Source: Gracilinanus agilis
Lineage: Eukaryota
DNA: 64,000 nt
Reading direction: 5' to 3'
Assembly: GCF_016433145.1 (NCBI RefSeq)
Contig: NC_058131.1
Location: 721,577,860-721,641,859 of the forward strand
In this document: piece by piece, positions 47,066 to 57,715 of the stretch
Layout: every line of letters starts with the position of its first letter
How positions within the stretch are numbered: position 1 is the first letter of the stretch
Notes under the pieces: model-generated
The model's input: only the letters and a program-made list of their open reading frames with translations
What the model was told of the DNA's origin: nothing
The model's database searches: none
Program-made: the position numbers and the translations under genes

Positions 47066-47869
47066 CCGTTTATGTCATGTTACAGGGATGCCTTTTTAAA
47101 GGATTTAAGTATTTTGTTCAATTGATATTTTTTAACTCAGTCAAATTTATGATTCTTCTATGTTTGGAGAAGAAATATTAGCTAATTTTTTTTTCACTTG
47201 AAAGTGCTAGATTTTTCCATATGAAATTTTTGTTTTGCTGTGCATCAACTAAGGACAGGCCTTCAGATGTAGAAAGAAGAGCTGCGTATCTTCAAAATTA
47301 AGATCCAAACGTAAACAGTGAAGTCCTTGATTGGAAAACTATAAAGCCATGCTTTTGGCTTCATTTTGTGAAGGTATTAAAGGTAAAGGCATTAAATAGA
47401 CTTTACATACCAAACATAACTATAATTAAATGGTGTTTGAGCTCTTTGTGGTGTAGCTCCAAGTGGATTTATTGGCAACTTGGGATAGGAGAGGGGAGGG
47501 AACACCACCATCCGGAGGCCTCTTTTTAAAGCTGTGCGTGGGAAGGAAAAGGTGCCCCCTCTGCTGATGTTATTTTTTAATTCTTTTGTTGCCCTCGGGG
47601 AGCCTCTGTGCCCTTCCTTACCCTCCACCTAGTCCTTGTCTTCTGGGTTTTCCTGGTTGGCCTCCTCCCATGCCTCAGGACCCTAGGCTCGGTCTGCCAG
47701 GCCAGCTAGAGCTGCCCAACTTTTTCCTAGAATGAGTTTAGGCCTCCAGTTTAGTACTCCATAAGATGGGAGATGTTGTCATTGGAAAACAAATATGAGA
47801 GAAGCCTTCAAGTCACTGCTGACCTGGGATTCCTGTAGGGAAGAGGAGGGAGCAGAGTTATGGCCAAAT

Positions 47870-48100
47870 GTTAGCAATGGCTAGGGGCTGCCACAGAGCC
47901 CTGGGCCTGGAGTCAGGCAGACCTGAGTTCAGATCTTGCTTTGGACACTTAACTGGCTGGGTAGCCCTGGGCACATCACTTTTCCTCAGTTGTAAAATGG
48001 GGATCATCACAAGACCTATGGGTTGTTGTGAAGATCTGATGAATATTATTTGTCGAGCCCCTGGCGGCAGAGCACTTTGCACTTAGTAGGTGTTTAATCA
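47870..48100 (+). mobile_element. MIR-type SINE
   Basis: ggcctggagtcaggcagacctgagttcaga...ttttcctcagttgtaaaatgggga. Confidence 0.7.
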
Positions 48101-48540
48101 ATGTGTCTTTCTTTCCCTCCTGTATTTCTTGCCTAGAAAAAAGGAGGAAATCTCATCTGACCACAGCTTTCCTCCCCTTCCAGTAGTTATTTTAATTTAC
48201 GGAAACCTAATTGCTTTAGGGGCAATAAGGATGCCAGCTCTCCAGCATCCAAAGGCCTCCCCAAATGGGAGAGTTTTCAGTTCTCAGTGCCTTAGTTGCT
48301 GAGAACCCCGCCCTCCCCCCTTCAATCCCCCATCCAGGCTCAGAACACCTACCCCAGGGGTCTGAGGCTTTCCTATTGATGCTGAGGAGCTTGTTTTGGG
48401 TGGTTGTCCATGCCTGGATGGAAGCAGGTCTAATTTTCATTTGTCCCACTAGTGCCCCTGGCATGTTGGGGCAGAGGATGGGGTGGTTTCCTCTCTGTTA
48501 TGGCAGGCTTTGATGGCCCCCACGTGTCCTTCACTTTCAG

Positions 48541-48709
48541 GAAGGAGCTCACAGAGGCTCGCCAGGCCAACCAGCCTTGTGGCAAGTGCTCTTACTACCT
48601 CATGATCAGTAAGACATTCCAAGAGGCCTCAAAGAATTCCAGAAAGAAAGGGAATGGACCCCAGAAAGAACTCATGTTTGCAAATGCAGAGGAGGAATTC
48701 TTCTATGAG
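48541..48709 (+). CDS. BCCIP: BCCIP exon 6 (169 nt)
   Basis: tttcag|G AAG...GAG|gtaaga; KELTEARQANQPCGKCSYYLMISKTFQEASKNSRKKGNGPQKELMFANAEEEFFYE. Confidence 0.96.
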
Positions 48710-49620
48710 GTAAGACTGGGCCCTTGAGTCCAGTGGAAGGAAGCACTTTTAGGGGTTGCAAGGGTGACTGGGCCACTAGAGGCCAAACAGCCCTTGGTGA
48801 GAGTCCTGGCCCTGCTCGGCCACCTTCCTTTCCTCCTCTGTAAACTGGGAGTGATGGCAACCCAGGAGGATGGCCTAAGTAGGGAAGACCCACGCTCTAG
48901 ACACACATGCTTTCAGTCTGACCCCATAACCTCCGCGGCCTCCCTCAGTCACTCTTGGGAAGATCCAACCTGTATTGACCTGTGGAGGGTGTCTCCTCCC
49001 ACAAGGCTGTTCCCAGAGGAATGAAGTCCCTGCTCCAGCCCATCCCTTTGTTTGCTGAGTCTATTATAAAGTAAAATCTTTTCTTAAATCGGCTTTGCCT
49101 ATTTGATGGTAGTCTCTGAAGACTTTGGTTAAGCCCCTCATGGCCTCCTTTTATCGGACAGGTTGGCCTCAGCTCCCCTGAAGCCTGTTCCTTTCTGATG
49201 GTGGGCCCCAAATCATTCCTGAAGCCTGTGGCTGTTTTTATAGCCGGGAGTCTTAAGCCATCACCTGAGAGGCCTTCAAGGCCAACCCCCTTATCTTCCA
49301 GGTGAGGAAAAAGAAATGGAAAGAATAGAAAGAGATAGAAAGGAGAAATGACCTCCGCAGGGCCAGCTAGCTCATAGGCGATAGCACAGAAAGATCTGAA
49401 CCTACGTCTTCCTGCTCTGAACACCGATAGGTTGGCCTGGGCCAGTGATAGGGGAAACTGAGGCTGAGCTAAGCGACTTGCTTGGAATCTTACAGCAGAG
49501 CCAGGGCTCAGGACTTTAGAGGTTCTTGTTCCTAACTGGGCATCTAACCTCAACTGGGACTGTGCTTCTTTGGAGTACGGGAGGGGGTGGACTGACTGGA
49601 CTTCCCTCTTATTGCTCTAG

Positions 49621-49791
49621 GAGGCCCTTCTGAGGTTCAGCTACTCGGTGCAGGAGGAGAGCGACACGGCCTTGGGAGGCAGATGGTCTTTTGACGATGC
49701 GCCCATGAAGCCCCTCCGGACGGTTATGCTCCTTCCAGCCAGCAAGATGGGTGCAGTCATGGACACGCTGAAGAAGTATCTGTCCATCTAG
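49621..49791 (+). CDS. BCCIP: BCCIP exon 7, beta-type terminal exon (171 nt including TAG)
   Basis: ctctag|GAG; EALLRFSYSVQEESDTALGGRWSFDDAPMKPLRTVMLLPASKMGAVMDTLKKYLSI*. Confidence 0.96.
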   Translation, partial: EALLRFSYSVQEESDTALGGRWSFDDAPMKPLRTVMLLPASKMGAVMDTLKKYLSI

Positions 49792-49832
49792 CCCACTTTT
49801 TATAATGCTTTCTGATGAACTTTGGAGACTTT

Positions 49833-50035
49833 CTTTAGAACCCCCACCTTTTGTCTTAGAATCAATACTGTGTATATGTTCTGAGGCAGGAGAGTGAGTG
49901 TAAGGACTAGGCAAGGGGGGGTAAAGTGACTTGCCCAGGGTCACCCAGTTAGGAAGCGTCTGAGGTCACATTGGAACCCAGGACCTCGCGACTGCTCCAG
50001 GCCCGACTCTATCCCCTGTGCCGCCTGGCTGCTCC
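49833..50035 (-). mobile_element. CORE-SINE, antisense within the BCCIP 3'UTR
   Basis: aagtgacttgcccagggtcacccagttaggaagcgtctgagg core begins about 40 nt after the BCCIP stop. Confidence 0.8.
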
Positions 50036-50224
50036 TCACATCAGAGATCTGATGGTTTTGAAAATAAGGTCTGAGGTTTTATCCCCCTGCAGGGACCCTC
50101 ACCAGGGTCTTAATAGGTTTTTGAAAATCTTTTTCCATCTGGGCCAAACGCACCCTGGGCTTGGGACTCGTTACTTCAAAGGAAAACAGGACACGGGTTA
50201 GGAATTTAAAAACAGCAACAACTG

Positions 50225-50352
50225 TTTATTCTGGTTGCTTTAACGATGTACAAAGTGATCTTGGCCTCGCGCTTCCTCGTGCCGCCTCTGAAATCTCGGC
50301 ACATCTTTCGCGTTGACAAACCGTTACAGTGATTAACTTTGGGGCGTTTATT
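50225..50352 (-). terminator. DHX32: DHX32 polyadenylation signals (AATAAA at 50352-50347 and 50230-50225)
   Basis: Two tttatt hexamers after the stop; the distal one is followed by GU/U-rich sequence on the minus strand. Confidence 0.65.
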
Positions 50353-50398
50353 GCACATCCTGTTTCAGTGGGTACTGAATAGAATTAAGGTAAAAAAG

Positions 50399-50585
50399 TC
50401 ATTGGATAACACATCTTGCTTCAGCAGAAGCTTCAGGGCACTCTTCGCAGAGCTTCTCTTTGTTTTTCGGTTCCTTCTTCGCTGTGGAAATGGGTGCCAA
50501 GTGGTTGATGACTTGCTGCAGAATGTCCTTGCTTTCACTCGGAGGCAGGTTGCTGAAGAAATACTGCGGTGCCAGCTCCATAAAT
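50399..50585 (-). CDS. DHX32: DHX32 terminal exon (187 nt including TGA)
   Basis: ccctag|A TTT ATG; FMELAPQYFFSNLPPSESKDILQQVINHL...ARCVIQ*. Confidence 0.95.
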
Positions 50586-51142
50586 CTAGGGAGGAAAGCG
50601 CGAGCCGCAGCTCTTTAGAGGGCAGCGCGAGCTCAGGCTCTGCACTGTAGGGCGGGGACTAGCCCCCAGCCTAGAGCTCTTCTCCGCTCTGGGGTCAGGC
50701 ATCTGCTTCCAGGCCCCAAGGCTGGGCCTGGAGTGCACCAGAGACCAACTTGGGGCCTTTTCTGAAAGGCTCTGAGGCAGGAATAAGGGAGGGGATGCTT
50801 GTGGAGGCTCATCTTGGCAGGCAGGGAATGGTCAGGGTTCGAGTCTCAAAGCAGCCACCTCAGCGCTCTTGGCCTGTCTGCCTTTTGGGGAGAGCCCTTC
50901 ACCTTTTGGAGCATCCCCCCCTTCAGAGGACGGAGTAAGGAAACTGGTGATGCTGACTTTAAAGAGATCATGTTCTCAGACCCAGCCAAAGAAGCCCTGC
51001 TTTGGCACGAGGGTGGCTTCATCTCTCCTAAGGCCGTCTTCAGAAGCTTTGGGGGATGCCCTCGAAAGCTAGTAACGCCAGCTAGCAGTTGTAACACGGA
51101 AACAACCCTGTGTCTGGGGGGGGGAGGGATGCGTGTGCTGGG

Positions 51143-51148
51143 AATAAA
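51143..51148 (+). terminator. BCCIP: First canonical AATAAA downstream of the BCCIP stop (second at 51254-51259)
   Basis: No AATAAA or ATTAAA seen on plus in 49792-51142; GU-rich tract follows at about 51178-51206. Confidence 0.45.
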
Positions 51149-51715
51149 GAGTTTCTATTTTCTTAGACAGCTTCTGCCTTTGGTTGTTCGAGTTGGCTAG
51201 TTTGGGCCAAAAATGTTCAAAAAAAGCTTTTATCTTGTGTCCCATTAGTTCTTAATAAAGCATCACATTCATAATGGATTGGTCATCTGGTATCAAAACA
51301 GGGAATTGTCCAGAAAATTCTGGCAAAGGCAGACTTTAAAAACAAACTTTAGCAACTGCATTTGGGCCACCTTATTTGCACTGCAATGAGGAGCCCTGGG
51401 GTCCCCCAGTGTCCTTTTCCCCTTTAACCAGCTGAAGGTCCCATGTCACTCCCATGTTCTTGGGGTAGTGAGTGCCCCCTTAGGGGAGGAGCAGCAGGCT
51501 GAGGTTGGAGAAGTTGTCCCCCCGCTCCCCAATTTTATCAGGCTTGGATCAAGAGGAACATGGGGAGCAGCACGTGTTCCCTAATCTGGGGGATACTGTC
51601 ACAGGGGGCTGTTTTGGGGAGGGGGCCACATGGGTCAGGCTGGATCTGACAGTGTGGTCTGCTAGGGGGGCCCTGGCTGGCGCAGCTGTCCATCACCCCC
51701 CAAACCCCTACTTAC

Positions 51716-51897
51716 AGCTCTGGGGAGATTTCAGAGATGATCTGGATATAGTTGTTCTCGGATATGTTGAACGAGTGGAAGACCACCCACTCTGGGAAGT
51801 GCTTCATGGTGTAGTAGCACGAAATGGGGTGCAGCTGAGCCACCTGCTTGTGGGTCAGCATCAGGTAGTTTCCTGATCCGTCAACGTCGCGAGCGAT
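51716..51897 (-). CDS. DHX32: DHX32 penultimate exon (182 nt): OB-fold region
   Basis: ccgcag|ATC...CT|gtaagt; IARDVDGSGNYLMLTHKQVAQLHPISCYYTMKHFPEWVVFHSFNISENNYIQIISEISPE. Confidence 0.95.
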
Positions 51898-52272
51898 CTG
51901 CGGGAGTGAGCAGGGCAGAGCGAGGCCCGTGGTCACCCCACATGCCCTTTGGCTCCTCCGTGGGGAGTCACTGAGTGACTGGCCTGGCCCAGCCCAGACT
52001 GCGTCCTCGGGGACACCCTCATACCCACACCACCACCTTCTCACAGACATCCGGAGACCGAGGCAGCCAGAACAGCACATCCCATCCCCTCCCCTCCTTA
52101 AGGGCTCTGGACGTGTGGCTCTCCCTGGCCCTTCTGCCTCCACATCTGTCGGCTGCCCAGGCCTTCTCACTCACTCGTGGCCACCCAGCTCGGAGGGCTC
52201 GCAGGCCTGGCTCTACCCAGAGTCAGAGCGTCTGGGGCCCTCCTCAGCCTCCAGTGCTGTCCGGGGCCTCAC

Positions 52273-52460
52273 CTGCATGAAGTAACCGGCCACGAGAGCC
52301 TTCTTGATGTTGCGGGTGTTTTCCTCGGAGCCAAAAGCAGGCTCCGAGTAGGGGAGCTCGATCCTCCGCATGATGTCCAGGAGCTCGTCTCGGATGCTCT
52401 CTGCCATCCTCAGGGCTGTGTGGCTCAGGAAGTGGTCGCTGCACCATTTCTCCACGCAGC
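52273..52460 (-). CDS. DHX32: DHX32 exon (188 nt)
   Basis: ccgcag|GC...CAG|gtgagg; CVEKWCSDHFLSHTALRMAESIRDELLDIMRRIELPYSEPAFGSEENTRNIKKALVAGYFMQ. Confidence 0.95.
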
Positions 52461-53294
52461 CTGCGGGGAAAAGGGACAAAGTCCATCGGAAAGATCCTCG
52501 TCCTTTCTGCTGGCCCTTGGCAAAAAGGACCTTTTACAGCCTTCCCTTCCGTCTTAGACTCAGTGCTGGCTCTGAGCTTGGGGCAGGAGGGCCGTGAGGG
52601 CCGGGCAGTGCGGGCCAGGAAGTGTCTGAGGCCAGATGGGAACCCAGGAGCTCCTGTCTCCAGGCAGCCAGCCATCCGCTATTAGAACCGGTGCGATGGC
52701 CGAGGGAAGGCTTACCCAAGCACAGGCAGCCTCTAAATTCTCTTAGGGTGCGCATTAAACATCTAGAGAATCTGGGTAACTGCTGGTCTAGATCTGGGAC
52801 GCAGCGTCCGTGGGGCCGAGCTCTTTGGGGATTCCCCCACTGAAATAGTGGGTCCCCGTGAGCCTGCTTGGCTTTGGGGCTGGAGGGATCGTCTATCACC
52901 GGGCTGAGGCCGTGGGAAAGCTCGTGGGACGTGTCTGTGCTGTCTGGCACAGACATGGGCACACACAGATCACCACCTCCCTGAATGGCTCTTCTTGGCA
53001 TCCCTCAAGCTGTGGCCCGTCCCCTGTGGTGGGTCATGACGAGAGGCAGGGAGCTCTGCCCCCTCGGCCTGCCAGGCACGGGGGCTATTCTAGGACATCC
53101 CCAGGGTGGACGGCTCGGGCAGTGGTCTCCAGAGTTTGGGGGATGCTGGGACCCCAGGCAAGGTGTGGGACCCTCCGGTCTCTGCTCTGTCATCTCTTCG
53201 CCTGTCTCTGGGCAGGTCAGACATAATCCCAGAACTGCCTGCCCAGCACACCCCCTGCTTTCTACGGGGGGGGGGGACATCTCCCCCCTTCCCC

Positions 53295-53656
53295 NNNNNN
53301 NNNNNNNNNNNNNNNNNNNNNNNNNNNNNNNNNNNNNNNNNNNNNNNNNNNNNNNNNNNNNNNNNNNNNNNNNNNNNNNNNNNNNNNNNNNNNNNNNNNN
53401 NNNNNNNNNNNNNNNNNNNNNNNNNNNNNNNNNNNNNNNNNNNNNNNNNNNNNNNNNNNNNNNNNNNNNNNNNNNNNNNNNNNNNNNNNNNNNNNNNNNN
53501 NNNNNNNNNNNNNNNNNNNNNNNNNNNNNNNNNNNNNNNNNNNNNNNNNNNNNNNNNNNNNNNNNNNNNNNNNNNNNNNNNNNNNNNNNNNNNNNNNNNN
53601 NNNNNNNNNNNNNNNNNNNNNNNNNNNNNNNNNNNNNNNNNNNNNNNNNNNNNNNN
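53295..53656. other. Assembly gap (362 N) in a DHX32 intron
   Basis: Run of N flanked by a G-run and C/T-rich low-complexity sequence. Confidence 0.99.
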
Positions 53657-54158
53657 CTCCTCCTCCCCCTCCTCTTCCTCCCCCTTCTCTTCTTCCTCTC
53701 TTTCTCCCCCTCCTCCTCCTCCTCCCTGCAGGCCTAGGAGGCCGGCCAGGCCCATTTCTGCCTCCCTGAGCCCCTGGCTGCCTACCAGCCTCAGCTGCAA
53801 TGCAGGACGACTCCCAGCCAGGCCCCAGGCTCTCAGCTAGAGGGTGCCCTCCTGGGGCGGGGGCACCACAGGGCAGAGTCAGGCAGACCCAAGTTCAGAG
53901 CCAGCCTCAGGTACTTAGAAGCCGGGTGACTCTGGGTAAGTCTGCCTCAGTTTCCTCCAGTGTCCCAGGGTGCTGGGAGGACCCAATGAGATCACACCAG
54001 AGAAGCCCCTGGAGGGGGGCCGGGCCGGGGCTCCTCCTTGGTGTCCGGGGCTGCTCTGGGCATCGACATGAGTCTCCAGTGCCTGGCCGAGCTCTGAGCT
54101 CTTTGCCCTCCCTCCTGTGTCCGGCGGGCGCCCCCGGCCGAGATCCGGCCTCACTCAC

Positions 54159-54296
54159 TCTCGCTGGCTTCCTGGTAAGCCTTGTAGACGTTGATCAGAG
54201 TCAGGTGGTCGCCTTCCGGGTGCAGAAGTTTGGTCCTCCTCTGCCAGGCGGCCTCCTGGGCTCCGGTGCGCGGCACGGGCAGGAAGCAGTCCGGAG
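54159..54296 (-). CDS. DHX32: DHX32 exon (138 nt)
   Basis: gacag|CT...GAG A|gtgagt; PDCFLPVPRTGAQEAAWQRRTKLLHPEGDHLTLINVYKAYQEASE. Confidence 0.93.
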
Positions 54297-54539
54297 CTGT
54301 CCGACACAGAATTTTGCGGACGTGACTGGAGGAAGCCCCGCTTGGCACACAGATGCCCCAAGAGAAAGGAGCGGAGAGCCCCCACGGCCGCAGGGCACAG
54401 GCCTGGGCCGAGGCCAGAGGGTCAGAGGGCGGCGGCCTCTCTGCTCCCGAGGAGGGTCAGAGGCAGCCTTTGGGGTCTCTGTGGGAGGGGGGGCCCGAGC
54501 AGGGGGCCGGCCTTTGGCTGGATCCATCGGGAGCCCTAC

Positions 54540-54731
54540 CTGTGACCATGGCGGCGATGGTGAGCAGCTCGTCGACACAGTCGAATTCGCAGGACGCCAG
54601 AATAGCCTTGGACAGCTTCGGATCCAGGGGGAACTCGGACATGATGATGCCGAATTCGGAAAGGTTGCCGTCGTTGTCGAGGGCCGCCAGGTAGTCCAGG
54701 TCCTCTAAGGCCTGCATCAGACTTTCAGGAG
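54540..54731 (-). CDS. DHX32: DHX32 exon (192 nt): HA2/winged-helix region
   Basis: ttgcag|CT...ACA G|gtaggg; [63 protein letters not shown]. Confidence 0.96.
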
Positions 54732-55505
54732 CTGCAAGAGAAAAGGGGGCGTCTGCCAGCCGTCCTGGCCGTCTCCTCAGAGGCTCAGCGCCAGAGCCGT
54801 GGCCGCAGGAGGACCTCTGCGAGATGCTCCTCCCCGAGAAGCCCCGGCCGAGGACAACCTCCGCCACGGCAGGCTCCCCCTTGCACCCATCAGAGCGGCC
54901 AAGTGGCTGGCGCCTCTGGGAAGCCGCCTGGGCTGGGCTCCACAGCACCCAGCCCTGCGCCCCTCGCCTGGCCCCCGGAGAAGCCCCTAGCGGTGAAGCA
55001 GGATGGACTGTCGAGTCGCTCAGACAGAAGGCCAGGAGGACCGCGGACAGGGCAGCCAGAGAAGCAGGGCCGAGGCAGGGACCAGCCGGCCTCCAGACGG
55101 ATGCCAAAGCCCCCTCGCCCCGACACTCGGCACACACAACGCGACGTGCTTTTGGATGTGGCTCGTGCAGGAATTTGCTTTGCTTGACTGTATTCACTTG
55201 TTACAAAGGTTTTGTTTTCCTTTTCCTTTTTTTTCCTCCCAAGATGGGGATGTGGGAAGGACAGCATAAATGCTTGCTATTTACAAGGAAAATAGCAGAT
55301 GCAGGAAATTTTATGAAAGGACCCTTGACTGACTTCCAGAAAGCCAAGACACCAAGATGGACACCGGCTCGGAGCCTCCTGCAGCCGCCCTCCTTTTGCC
55401 TCCGCCCTGGGGCTGCTTTCTACCCACTGAAGTTCAGCAGAGACGTGCTCAGCCCCTTCGCAAGGCAGAGCTGGCCCCGTTTGTGCTGGCTGAAGCCAGG
55501 GTGCC

Positions 55506-55762
55506 CGCTGTCCCCACCGCTGTCCTCACTGTCCCCACCGCTGACCCCACCGCTGTCCTCACTGTCCCCACCGCTGACCCCAGCGCTGTCCTCACTGTCC
55601 CCACCGCTGACCCCAGCGCTGTCCCCACCACTGTCCCCACCGCTGTCCTCACCGCTGTCCCCACTGTCCTCACCGCTGACCCCACCGCTGTCCTCACTGT
55701 CCCCACCGCTGACCCCACCGCTGTCCCCACCGCTGTCCCCACTGCTGTCCCCACCGCTGTCC
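55506..55762. repeat. GC-rich minisatellite built from 12-mers and 9-mers with a 33-bp higher-order unit
   Basis: ccgctgtcctca + ctgtcccca + ccgctgacccca repeated with variants. Confidence 0.95.
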
Positions 55763-55769
55763 AGTGCTG

Positions 55770-57715
55770 ACTAGAAATGGGAGCTCCAGCAGCAAGAAGA
55801 AGAAATTGGAGGGAGCAAAACTCTCCATCTGCAGATGACATGACAGCGTACTTAGAGAATCAACTCGGAAACAAGCTAAACAATGAACAACTTTGGCCAA
55901 GTTGCAGGCTATAAAATAAACCTACCTATAAATAAACCTATTTTCAGCATTTTTATATACTACCAAAAAAATCCACCAGAAGGGATGAATCCACTTGAAG
56001 TTAGCACAAAAGGGATAAAAGGGGAGGAGATGTGGCAAAACTGGGAACACGAACGCAATGTGGGTGAAGTTGTGAATGGATCCAACCCTGCTGGAGGGCG
56101 ATTTGGAACTCTGCCCAAAGGGCCGAACATGGAAGAACATCTTTGGCTCCTGGGTCTGTATCCCAAACAATAGAAGAGAGGAAAGGGCCGCCTTGTACGA
56201 AGATATCCGGAGCTGCCCTTTGTAGTGGCAGAGAACTGGACGCTGAGGGGATTTCCAACGATTGGGGAACGACTGAACAAAGGTGGCAATTCTGGTGCTG
56301 TCAGAAATGAGAAGCCGGTGATTTCAGAAAAAGCAGCAAAGCCCTGTGTGAAATGACTCAGAGGGAAATCTGCAGAAATGGGAGAACGCCGTCCGCAGGA
56401 ACAGCAATATTGGACGAGGATTCTCTGAAAACGTGGCTGCTTTCAGCCATGCAATGACCTGGGACAATCCTGAGAGACCCGGGACAGGGAAGTCCTGGAT
56501 CAGGTGGCTGTGGGTCCAAGTCGCCTATCTTTCACATCAGTGAATTTACAGTTTTATTGGGTGGTTTTGGTGTATTTGTATGAGTGTGCTCTTCCTACAG
56601 TGACCAATAGGGAAGTGTGTTTTTTTTTCCATGTTGCAGTTTTGCATGATAAAATTCAAAACAAAACAAAACAAAAATAAGGGAACTATAGACAATATAA
56701 AATACTCAGTATTCTACCTACCAAGACAAAGCCAGGGATTCTAGGAACACAATTACAAAACACTTTTCACACCAATAAACAGATCTGAACAACTGGAAAA
56801 ATATTAATTGTTCATGGGTAGGTTGAGCCAATATAACAAAAAATGGCAATTCTACCTACATTAACTTCCTTATTCAGTGACATAACATTAATCTACCAAA
56901 GAATTACTTTATAGGGCTAAACAAAATGGTAACAAAATCCATCTGGAAGAACAACAGATCAAGAATGTTAAGGGAATCAATAAAAAAATTATGAAGGCAA
57001 ACTAGCTGTTTCTGATTCAAACTGTATTATATAAAGCAGTAATCATCAAAGCAATCTGGTACTGGCTAAGAAACAGAGTGGTGGATCAGTAGAATAGATA
57101 TGGCACACTAAATAAAAAGTCATAAATGATCCAGTGTTTGACAAGCCCAGAGGCCTAAGCTTTTGGGTCAAGAACTCAACATCTGACAAAAACTACCGGG
57201 AGAACTAGAATGCAGGTTGTCAGAGGCTAGACAGAGACCAATATCTCGCATTATATGCCAAGATAATGGTCTAAATAGGTAAATGATTTAGACATAAAGG
57301 GATAGATAAATTAGGTGAGAATGGGAAAATGTGCCTGTCAGGTCTGTAGATAAGAGTATATGACCAAACAAGAGGTAGGTGACCACAGGAAGCGTAACTG
57401 AAATGTTTTTGCACAACAAAACAAATGTCAAAGATAAAAGAAAAACAGGAAATTGGGGGGAGGGTATTTATAGCATGTTTATCTTATATAGGCCTCATTT
57501 CTCAAAAATATGGAGATGTGGCAAAATTGAGACACTAATACATTGTTGGTGGAGTTGTGAACTGATCCAACCATTCTGGAGAAAAATTTGGAACTAAGCC
57601 CAAAGGGCTATAAAGCTGAGCATGCCTTTGTCCTGGAAATACCACTCCTAGGCCTATATCCCAAAGAGATCAAAGAAAAGGGAAAAGGAGCTCTTTGTAT
57701 AAAAATATCGTCACT
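55770..57715 (+). mobile_element. Composite of old L1 ORF2 and 3'UTR fragments
   Basis: RT-like ctctccatctgcagatgacatga (LFADDM); two separate ORF2 C-terminal segments at about 56020-56420 and 57500-57700. Confidence 0.8.

Noticed and set aside
52985-53840. Long ORFs across the N gap and a possible hidden DHX32 exon
   Set aside because: The ORFs are artefacts of N translation; the flanking exons join in frame with no missing protein segment
55506-55762. Tandem array as a CRISPR-like or coding repeat
   Set aside because: No unique spacers, eukaryotic intron context, simple minisatellite structure
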